The notes under the pieces: model-generated | Database searches by the model: none | What the model was told of the DNA's origin: nothing | The model's input: the letters and a program-made list of their open reading frames with translations, nothing else | From: an uncultured Candidatus Peribacteria bacterium | Lineage (GTDB): Bacteria; Patescibacteriota; Gracilibacteria; Peribacterales; Peribacteraceae | Length of the DNA: 64,000 nucleotides | Direction of reading: 5' to 3' | NCBI GenBank assembly: GCA_964427895.1 | Contig: CAYRUZ010000001.1 | Coordinates: forward strand, 31,480 to 95,479 | Translations under genes and position numbers: made by a program | Part shown: one piece after another, positions 1 through 7,121 of the stretch | Numbering within the stretch: position 1 is the first letter of the stretch | Layout of the letters: the number at the start of each line of letters is the position of its first letter

Positions 1-1
1 G

Positions 2-928
2 CTCCGTGATGTTCGCCACTGGCTCGACCACTGGGCGCTGCGCACCGCTCCTCCGCATGTGCTGGCAATCTTCCGCATTGCCTTCGGCCTTTTCCTCCTC
101 CTCTACTGGGGCCTGCGCCTGCCGCATGTCCCGATGATGTTCTCCGTCGAAGGATTGCTCCTGCCGAACATTCCCGGGCTCGCGCCCTCGTGGATGCAGA
201 CATTGTTCCATCCAACGCCCCTGTGGGCCTGGATCACGTACGCGGCGATGATGACCAGTCTCGTGCTCTTCACCGTCGGCGCGCTCTTCCGGCCCGCCAC
301 GTTCGTCGCCATCGTTCTGTACTTCTACTACTGGCAGCTGTCGCTGCACCTGCTGCCGACATCTTTCGACCGCCTCTTCGGTTTCACGTTCTTCGTCCTG
401 CTGTTCTCGGGTGCCGATCGCACGTTCTCGCTGCGCATGTGGTGGCGAGAAGGTTCGTGGATGGCCTGGGAACCGATTTCGGTCCTCCCGCAGCGCATCT
501 TGGCGCTTCAGATCACCGCGACGTATTGGGGCGTGGGCTGGCAGAAGATGGTCCTGCCGGATTGGCAGGGGGGAGAGATGCTGCCGTATTCCTTCGTCGG
601 GACGTGGGGTACCCCCGTGGCCTACTGGATGGTCCGCCAGAACTGGCCGATGGAGTTCTACGATTGGTCGGTGCTCACCGTGATGGCGTTCGAGTTCTTC
701 CTGCCCTTCGGTTTATGGGTGCCAGGCTGGAGATGGTTCTTCTACGCCGGCGGCCTCATCTTCCACTCCCTCATTTGGATCTTCCTGGATATCTGGTGGT
801 TCATGGTCTTGGTTCCCGCGTACATCGTGTTCTTCGAGCCGGAAGCGATAGCGGTATTTCTGCAGAAAATGGCCAAAAAACGCATTCGCGGGCTGCATCT
901 GCCGGCGGTGACGGGGTACCGGTCATAA
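2..928 (+). CDS. HTTM-domain (vitamin K-dependent gamma-carboxylase-like) polytopic membrane protein; 5' end outside the window
   Basis: The frame is open from nt 2, with no stop before the GTG at 59. It has the N-terminal LAIFRIAFGLFLLLYW motif and a Trp/Phe-rich multi-TM layout typical of HTTM domains. The layout resembles the N-terminal 300 aa of 56305..57627. Confidence 0.65.
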   Translation, partial: LRDVRHWLDHWALRTAPPHVLAIFRIAFGLFLLLYWGLRLPHVPMMFSVEGLLLPNIPGLAPSWMQTLFHPTPLWAWITYAAMMTSLVLFTVGALFRPATFVAIVLYFYYWQLSLHLLPTSFDRLFGFTFFVLLFSGADRTFSLRMWWREGSWMAWEPISVLPQRILALQITATYWGVGWQKMVLPDWQGGEMLPYSFVGTWGTPVAYWMVRQNWPMEFYDWSVLTVMAFEFFLPFGLWVPGWRWFFYAGGLIFHSLIWIFLDIWWFMVLVPAYIVFFEPEAIAVFLQKMAKKRIRGLHLPAVTGYRS

Positions 929-959
929 AGCGATTGCAAAATATCGTCGGTGAATTTCA

Positions 960-1232
960 ATGCCACTCTTTTGCATTGCGGAAAAGTTGGGGAAAGATAC
1001 GGCGCACATGATCCAATCCGTCTCCGCATCGCGGCTCCACGACATTGATTCCAAGATCCTCGATTTGTTGGAAGAACGAGCGGCAATCGCCGCAGATTTG
1101 GAGGAGGACGGCGAGGACGAAAATCCGCTCGAAACCGTGCAATGGTGGCAGGAAGAGGCGATCGAGCGCGGCCTCGACGACGAATCGGCCGTGGAGCGCA
1201 TCGCCCGCAGCCTCACGATGCTGCGCAAATAA
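960..1232 (+). CDS. Small acidic hypothetical protein (weak AroQ chorismate-mutase-like helix motif RLHDIDSKILDLLEERAAIAADL)
   Basis: 90-aa ORF with ATG start, filling the gap between the HTTM gene and the pilT promoter. The motif resemblance is by eye only. Confidence 0.35.
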   Translation: MPLFCIAEKLGKDTAHMIQSVSASRLHDIDSKILDLLEERAAIAADLEEDGEDENPLETVQWWQEEAIERGLDDESAVERIARSLTMLRK

Positions 1233-1239
1233 GCGCTTA

Positions 1240-1268
1240 TTGAGCCAAAAGCCGAAAAAGCGTATAAT
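1240..1268 (+). promoter_or_regulatory. sigma70-type promoter of pilT (TTGAGC-17 nt-TATAAT)
   Basis: TTGAGC at 1240..1245, a 17-nt spacer, and TATAAT at 1263..1268. The pilT ATG at 1275 lies only 6 nt after the -10 box, implying a leaderless or near-leaderless mRNA. Confidence 0.6.
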
Positions 1269-1274
1269 AGTTTG

Positions 1275-2294
1275 ATGCTATCGCCCGATCAGATTTTCGC
1301 GCAAGCGGCCCAACTGGGTGCGTCCGACGTGCATATCGTCGTGGGATCGCCCCCCGTCGCGCGCGTTGACGGCGTGCTGCAGGCCATGGATGGCGACGAG
1401 CTGACGGCCGCGGATGCTGCGTCGTTCGTCAAAGCCGTGCTCGGGCCCGTCATCTGGAAGACCTTTGAGGAAACGAAAGAAGCAGATTCGTCCTTCGAGA
1501 CGAAGGACGGCAAGCGCATCCGTATCAACTGCCACGTCACGCGCGGAGCCCCCAGCCTTGTCGCACGCATCATTCCGACCGCGATTCCCAGCATGGACGA
1601 GTTGGGCTTCCCGCCCGTGGCAAAGGAACTGGCATCGCTGCGCGACGGCTTGCTGCTCTTCACGGGACCGACGGGCGCCGGAAAATCCACGTCGATGGCC
1701 TCCATCATCCGCTACATCGCGGATGCGCGTCCGGCCAACATCATCACGCTCGAAGACCCGATCGAATATCTCTTTGAATCCGACAAGGGCATCATCCGCC
1801 AGCGCCAGTACGGCGAGGATTTCCTCTCGTTCCCCGAAGCCCTCAAGCACGTCCTGCGCCAGGACCCCGACGTGGTGATGGTGGGTGAGATGCGCGACCC
1901 GGAGACCATCGCCGCAGCCCTGACGCTTGCGGAAACCGGCCATCTCATTCTCGCCACGCTGCACACGCCCAACGCCGTGCAGACGGTGGACCGTATCGTC
2001 GACGTCTTCCCTCCGCATCAGCAGAACCAAGTGCGCATGCAGCTGTCGCTCTCATTGCGCGCCGTATTCGCGCAGCGCTTGCTGCCCAAGGTCGGCGGGG
2101 GACGCGTGGCGCAGCGCGAGATTTTGCTCAACACGCCGGCAGTGGCGAATGTCATTCGCGAGAACCGCATGGCCGAAATGAAGAGCGTGATGCAGACGGC
2201 GGCCGAAGAAGGCATGCAGACGTTCGAGAAAGACGCCAAGCGCTTGCTCAAAGCGGGTCTGATCGATGAGGAGACGATGAAGGCAGTGAGCTGA
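1275..2294 (+). CDS. pilT: Type IV pilus twitching-motility ATPase PilT
   Basis: Walker A GPTGAGKST, ITLEDPIEY, MVGEMRD and ATLHT motifs. The length of about 340 aa is typical of PilT. The ATG at 1275 is preferred over the TTG at 1272. Confidence 0.9.
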   Translation: MLSPDQIFAQAAQLGASDVHIVVGSPPVARVDGVLQAMDGDELTAADAASFVKAVLGPVIWKTFEETKEADSSFETKDGKRIRINCHVTRGAPSLVARIIPTAIPSMDELGFPPVAKELASLRDGLLLFTGPTGAGKSTSMASIIRYIADARPANIITLEDPIEYLFESDKGIIRQRQYGEDFLSFPEALKHVLRQDPDVVMVGEMRDPETIAAALTLAETGHLILATLHTPNAVQTVDRIVDVFPPHQQNQVRMQLSLSLRAVFAQRLLPKVGGGRVAQREILLNTPAVANVIRENRMAEMKSVMQTAAEEGMQTFEKDAKRLLKAGLIDEETMKAVS

Positions 2295-2401
2295 TGTTCT
2301 GCTAGGCGAAAGAACGTATCTTTTGTTTATTTAGAGCCAAAATTTGATATGTATATTTTGCTTTTCTCTTCCAGTTGAGTCAAGTAAACTAGTCTATTGT
2401 C

Positions 2402-3952
2402 ATGAACGCGCTCCCTTCCAGCATTGAGTCAGCCCTTTCTGAGGCAGGCTTTTCGATGACCGAAATCCTCGTTGTCCAGCGGCTCGTGCAAGAGCCGGCG
2501 ATTACGATACGGCAACTAGCAGCGAAGACGGGGAAAAGTACCGGCGTCCTGGATCAGGCGATGAAGAAACTTTTGCGGAAGAGAATTGTAAATCGCGAAA
2601 TCATTAACGATTCCCCGAAATATACACTCAATTCTTTGGCGTCGGTTTCCCAATGGATTTTGCAGGATGTGCAGAGCAAGAGAGACGCGCTGCTACGGCG
2701 ATATCAAAATTTCGAGTCTTTCATGGCAACGCTCGAAATGGATAAAGCACGTCCAGAGATGAAGTATTTTGAGGGCGATGAAGGAATGCAGCAGGCATAT
2801 ATGAAACTTTTGGAATCCGGAGAGGAAATGAAGGAATATTTCCCCATTGTTCAAAAAGAAGAAGAGGACCGCTTCCGCGAGTTTCGTGTGAAGTACTTCC
2901 GAGCCCGCCAGGGGAGAAAAATATTTACACGGGTCATCACACATGACACGCCTTTAGGAAGGAGGTACCAGAGCAAAGATGCATTTGAATATCGACAGAC
3001 CGTTTTGATCCCTTCGGAATCTTTCCCCATCGGTTTCGAAAAAATCATCGTGGGTGACACTGTTGCGTGTTTCAATCACGCCGAAAAGAAAGTGTGTTTC
3101 ATTAAGTATGAGGAGTTCGCAAAAGCCGAAAGTGAATTATTCGAAACGCTGTGGAAAGCGAATGTTGGACGGGTGTTGCCTACTGCAAGGCCCCTGCAGT
3201 CTGTCTCACTTAAGACAAAGCTATTTTCACAGCTTAGAGAAGCTTTTTTAAGCCCCAAGTCTTTGGCTATTTTAGCGTTTTGTTGTGTTATATCTGGATT
3301 TTTGACCTATGGTCTGTATAGATACACTTTACGCATAATCATAAACGGAGAAGGCGAGAAAATGATTGAGAGTGCAATTAATAGCGCAGCGAAAATCTCC
3401 GACATCGATTTGTCGCGTATAAGAAAAGCAAACGATATGAAGTCTGAGGAATATCAAAAAGTTTTTGCGATTCTTAATGATATTCGTCATCTGAATAAAA
3501 GCATCAAATATGCTTATGTATTAAGACCGACTGATCAGTTTAATATTTGGGAATTCGTCGCAGACGCAGATTCCAATTACGATCTGCCATCAGAAATAGA
3601 TATGGATAATAATCAAAAAATTACATCTGATGAAGAAAATGTAGCCCCCGGAGTTGCTTATGACATTAAGCAGAGCCCCGAAACAACAATAGACGGTCCT
3701 TACATAGAAAATAATTTTTCAACTGATCAGTGGGGCACTTTTTTAACGGCTGGTGCGCCAATTCTTAATAAGCAAGGCCAGGCGGTCGCTGTCATTGCTT
3801 TAGATCAAGATGTGACAGATATCTATGCTCGGGTTAAGAAAATATTTATACCCTGGTTCGTATTTGGGATTATTTTCCTCGGTACAATCATTTTCCGAAT
3901 CATTCAAATTTCACATTCACTATTTCAATCGTTTACCAAAAAAGCTGCTTAA
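2402..3952 (+). CDS. Membrane-tethered TrmB-family regulator: N-terminal TrmB wHTH and TrmB-like middle domain, then TM, extracytoplasmic Cache/PDC-like sensor, TM
   Basis: The N-terminus (EILVVQRLVQEPAITIRQLAAKTGKSTGVLDQAMKKLLRKRIV) resembles the TrmB HTH of 37520..38278. Hydrophobic helices are LAILAFCCVISGFLTYGLY and IPWFVFGIIFLGTIIFRII. The region between them shares KYAYVLR, EFVADADS, STDQWGT and DVTD with the sensor of the kinase at 4555..6018. Confidence 0.75.
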   Translation: MNALPSSIESALSEAGFSMTEILVVQRLVQEPAITIRQLAAKTGKSTGVLDQAMKKLLRKRIVNREIINDSPKYTLNSLASVSQWILQDVQSKRDALLRRYQNFESFMATLEMDKARPEMKYFEGDEGMQQAYMKLLESGEEMKEYFPIVQKEEEDRFREFRVKYFRARQGRKIFTRVITHDTPLGRRYQSKDAFEYRQTVLIPSESFPIGFEKIIVGDTVACFNHAEKKVCFIKYEEFAKAESELFETLWKANVGRVLPTARPLQSVSLKTKLFSQLREAFLSPKSLAILAFCCVISGFLTYGLYRYTLRIIINGEGEKMIESAINSAAKISDIDLSRIRKANDMKSEEYQKVFAILNDIRHLNKSIKYAYVLRPTDQFNIWEFVADADSNYDLPSEIDMDNNQKITSDEENVAPGVAYDIKQSPETTIDGPYIENNFSTDQWGTFLTAGAPILNKQGQAVAVIALDQDVTDIYARVKKIFIPWFVFGIIFLGTIIFRIIQISHSLFQSFTKKAA

Positions 3953-4004
3953 TTGCCAGATTCGGAATAAAAAGCTTTTACCAGAGAATCTTGCTAAGTG
4001 TCTT

Positions 4005-4514
4005 ATGGAGGGTACGATACCTAGCATGCTTGGAGTTTTGCCGCAGTTCTATAAATTTACTGTCCAAACCGAACATAAGTTCGGAAGAGCGTTGATTGCA
4101 AATCTGCCTATTATCGAAACAGAGATAATTTGTAAGATGGCTGGCCCGCTTATCACTCTTAAGGAGTTTTTTGATAAGTATGAATGGAATTATTGTAATC
4201 CTCTACAGGTAGGTGCAGATCTGTATATTGATTTAATCGAGCCGTATGTGCTGATTAATCATTCTTGTGATCCGAATACGGGGGTAAGAAATAATGGCAT
4301 TTTGTTTGCATTAAGAGATATTCCAGCAGGAGAAGAGCTTACTTTTGATTACTCTACTTCTGTAGATGATGTGACGTGGACCATGGAATGTCAGTGCCAA
4401 AGCCCCAAATGTCGCAAGATTATTGGTGATTTTCAGTCTATCCCGCACGCTCAAAAAGAGTTTTATTTCAACAAAAATGCTCTTACTGCCTATATTAAGT
4501 CTTTGTACTACTGA
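4005..4514 (+). CDS. SET-domain protein (lysine) methyltransferase with post-SET Cys cluster
   Basis: SET signatures INHSCDPN and EELTFDYS, and a post-SET CQCQSPKC cluster. The ATG at 4005 is chosen because the track start at 3825 overlaps the upstream gene by 128 nt. Confidence 0.85.
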   Translation: MEGTIPSMLGVLPQFYKFTVQTEHKFGRALIANLPIIETEIICKMAGPLITLKEFFDKYEWNYCNPLQVGADLYIDLIEPYVLINHSCDPNTGVRNNGILFALRDIPAGEELTFDYSTSVDDVTWTMECQCQSPKCRKIIGDFQSIPHAQKEFYFNKNALTAYIKSLYY

Positions 4515-4515
4515 T

Positions 4516-4544
4516 TTCCTTAAAATCGCCAAAAGTGCTATAAT
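4516..4544 (+). promoter_or_regulatory. Extended -10 promoter in front of the histidine kinase (TTCCTT-17 nt-TGcTATAAT)
   Basis: TGC at 4536..4538 is followed directly by TATAAT at 4539..4544. A weak -35 (TTCCTT) sits at 4516..4521. The ATG at 4555 is 10 nt downstream and no SD is visible. Confidence 0.45.
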
Positions 4545-4554
4545 AACTGGGTAA

Positions 4555-6018
4555 ATGCCCGAAACAAACAAAAATGAGTTTAGGCCGTGGAAAAGCTATT
4601 TGCTGTTATTGGTGAGTGCCACTGTTACTATTTTTGTTACTTTTGTTATTTATAAAAATAATCAGCAAATTTCTATTTGGGCACTACAGCAGAAAGTAGT
4701 TGCAATTGCTGCAACAGCAGCTGCTAACTTTGATCCAAAAAAGTTGGACCAAATTAAGGGGCAAAAAAGTATCAATACGCAGGCTTATAAAGATACTGTT
4801 TTAAAGTTACAACTGATTAGATCACAAAATATTAATCTCAAGTTTGCTTATATCTTAAGAGGAACAAAGGACAAAAATATTTTCGAGTTTGTAGCTGACG
4901 CAGATTCACTACACCCCAATAATCCTATTGATTTGAATTATGATGGGAAAATTGATGACGAAGATGCTCTGACAAAACCTGGGGAAAACTACGATCAGTC
5001 CGAGTATCCTGAATTTGTAGAAAAAGCTTTTAAGGCATTCTATGTTGATGAAGAGCTTTCGACAGATCAGTGGGGTACACACCTTTCGGCAACTGCGCCA
5101 ATTTCAGGCATATACGGTCAAACAAACTATGTAATTGGCGTAGATGTAGATGTAACTGACTTTGTACGGCTTACAAATTTGGCTCTCATACCATTTGTGC
5201 TCTTTGCTGTTTTCCTTTTGCTAATTTTAACTGCATTGACAGTGAGTCTTGTTAAAATGTGGGGCCAGCGTGTTGATGCCCTGCGCGAATTGGATAAGCA
5301 AAAAGACGAACTCTTGAGCATCGTCAGCCACCAGTTGGCCGCTCCGGTGACATCCATCAAGTGGTATCTGGAACTCTTGCTCGACGGAGACACGGGCAAG
5401 CTGACGGATGACCAGACCACTACGCTCAAGAGCATGCAGACCATCTCTGTCGATTTGGCCGACTTGGTGAGCATGATTCTCGATGTATCGCGCATCCAGT
5501 TGGGACGCATGCGTATCGATGCACAGCCGCTCGACCTCAAGGCGTTCTTCGCGGAAATCCTCGATGTCATCGAGCCCAAAGCGAAGGAGAAGCCGGTGAA
5601 CTTCAAGGTCGAAGTGCCCGATGTTCTCCCGACTGTGCTGCTCGATAAACGCCTCACGCGCATGACGGTGGAAAACCTTCTGACGAACGCAGTGAAGTAC
5701 ACGCCGAAGGACGGCAACGTTACGTTCAAGGTGCAGCTGCGTCCGGACAATACGATGTACGTCGAGGTGCGCGACACGGGCTGCGGAATCCCCAAAAAGG
5801 ACCAGGACAAAATCTTCGGCAAGCAGTTCCGCGCCAGCAACGTCCGCAATACCATCGACGGCAACGGATTCGGCTTGTATGTCGCCAAGGGCGCCATCGA
5901 GAGCCAGGACGGCAAGATTTGGTTCGAGAGCGAAGAAGGCCAGGGCACCGCGTTCTTCATCACCCTGCCGTTGAAAGCACCGGAAGTGAAAGAGAAAGAA
6001 GCGCCGAAAGCACAGTAA
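4555..6018 (+). CDS. Sensor histidine kinase (TM, Cache/PDC-like sensor, TM, HisKA, HATPase_c); no cognate response regulator in the window
   Basis: H-box LSIVSHQLAAPVTSI, N-box LLTNAVKYTP, G-boxes DTGCGIP and GFGLYVAKG. Two TM helices flank a roughly 170-aa sensor paralogous to that of 2402..3952. Confidence 0.9.
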   Translation: MPETNKNEFRPWKSYLLLLVSATVTIFVTFVIYKNNQQISIWALQQKVVAIAATAAANFDPKKLDQIKGQKSINTQAYKDTVLKLQLIRSQNINLKFAYILRGTKDKNIFEFVADADSLHPNNPIDLNYDGKIDDEDALTKPGENYDQSEYPEFVEKAFKAFYVDEELSTDQWGTHLSATAPISGIYGQTNYVIGVDVDVTDFVRLTNLALIPFVLFAVFLLLILTALTVSLVKMWGQRVDALRELDKQKDELLSIVSHQLAAPVTSIKWYLELLLDGDTGKLTDDQTTTLKSMQTISVDLADLVSMILDVSRIQLGRMRIDAQPLDLKAFFAEILDVIEPKAKEKPVNFKVEVPDVLPTVLLDKRLTRMTVENLLTNAVKYTPKDGNVTFKVQLRPDNTMYVEVRDTGCGIPKKDQDKIFGKQFRASNVRNTIDGNGFGLYVAKGAIESQDGKIWFESEEGQGTAFFITLPLKAPEVKEKEAPKAQ

Positions 6019-6021
6019 AAT

Positions 6022-6048
6022 CCCACCGAAGCGTCCGGCTTCGGTGGG
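6022..6048. terminator. Hairpin between the convergent kinase and EamA genes (11-bp stem, 5-nt loop)
   Basis: CCCACCGAAGC (6022..6032) pairs perfectly with GCTTCGGTGGG (6038..6048). The flanking AAAA on the plus strand gives a U-run for the minus-strand transcript. Confidence 0.55.
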
Positions 6049-6076
6049 GACCAAGGAGGCAAGTGGGCGACCGGCA

Positions 6077-6505
6077 TCACTTGTTTCCTCCGGATGTCAC
6101 GCAGTAGAGGGCGGCGACACCGAGGACCCATCCGAGTATGGTGCGCCATTCCGGCAGTTCTTGCTTCACCGCGACGTCGATGAGCGTCGCCACGACGGGC
6201 AGCAGGCAGTAGTACATGGTCAGTGTCACTGCCCCGGCATCTTTGTGCAGCGCTTGGAAGTGTGCATGCGCTGCGATCACCGATGCGCCCACCATCAAGA
6301 CGACGAACGTCCATTGCTTCGCGGTAGGCATCTGCACTTCCGGGCGGCTCTGGATGAGCCAGATGAGCGTGAGGACAAACACGCCGCCCGAGTACAGAAG
6401 TGTGAGGAAGCGGGGATGGATGCCCTTCAGCTGGTGGTCCGTCACGCTGATTTCCGCAGCGTAGAAGAACATCGCGATGACGCAGAGAACGTGTGAGTTC
6501 TGCAC
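6077..6505 (-). CDS. Half-size (5-TM) EamA/DMT-family membrane protein
   Basis: 142 aa with five hydrophobic helices and an EamA-like C-terminal segment. GTG start with AAGGAG 6 nt upstream. Confidence 0.6.
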   Translation of the reverse strand: MQNSHVLCVIAMFFYAAEISVTDHQLKGIHPRFLTLLYSGGVFVLTLIWLIQSRPEVQMPTAKQWTFVVLMVGASVIAAHAHFQALHKDAGAVTLTMYYCLLPVVATLIDVAVKQELPEWRTILGWVLGVAALYCVTSGGNK

Positions 6506-6655
6506 GGTTGTACTCCTTCTCTAAGGGTGAAAGGTCGGGTGTTCCGGCGGTTGCCAGAACTCCTCCGATTATACGCTCAAATTGTATAATATAAAATATT
6601 TTTGATATTTGGCCAGAAAGCCGATTGTACGTTGTTTACGCTGCGTAGACGGCGC

Positions 6656-7102
6656 ATGATTGGGCCAATGTGGATCGTATTATCCGTAATGGCTTCTCTT
6701 CTCTGGGGACTGGTCTATGTCCTGTGCGAGCGTCTGTATGCCCATGTGCATGTCACGACGGTCTTGGCGGCGATCTCTTTTGTTGCGTTCATTGGAATGA
6801 GTCTTTTCGGATTGGCACGGGGCACCCTTGGAAGCGACTTGCAGATCATCGCTTCGTCGAAGAGCATTTTGCTTCTGACAATCGCAGTCACGTTGGTATT
6901 CATGATGGCAGAACTCTGCATTGGATTTTCCATCAGCGGACGCAATGCGACCCTCGCTGCACTCATCGAAATCTCTTATCCGTTTTTCACAGCGCTTTTT
7001 GCGGCTGTGCTCTTCCGCGAGAATTACCTCTCCGTCAGCGTGCTCGTCGGAGGACTGTTCATCATGTTCGGCGTGATGATCATTTCCATCTTCAACTACT
7101 GA
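6656..7102 (+). CDS. Half-size (5-TM) EamA/DMT-family membrane protein
   Basis: About 148 aa from the ATG at 6656, with five hydrophobic helices. The EISYPFFTALFAAVLFRE segment is typical of EamA repeats. It is divergent from 6077..6505. The start is uncertain (TTG 6602, ATG 6656 or ATG 6668). Confidence 0.6.
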   Translation: MIGPMWIVLSVMASLLWGLVYVLCERLYAHVHVTTVLAAISFVAFIGMSLFGLARGTLGSDLQIIASSKSILLLTIAVTLVFMMAELCIGFSISGRNATLAALIEISYPFFTALFAAVLFRENYLSVSVLVGGLFIMFGVMIISIFNY

Positions 7103-7121
7103 CACGCGTATACTGCTGTGC

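Noticed and set aside
2296-2330. Rho-independent terminator after pilT (GTTCT-N10-AGAAC followed by a T-rich tract).
   Set aside because: The stem is only 5 bp with a 10-nt loop, which is too weak to call.
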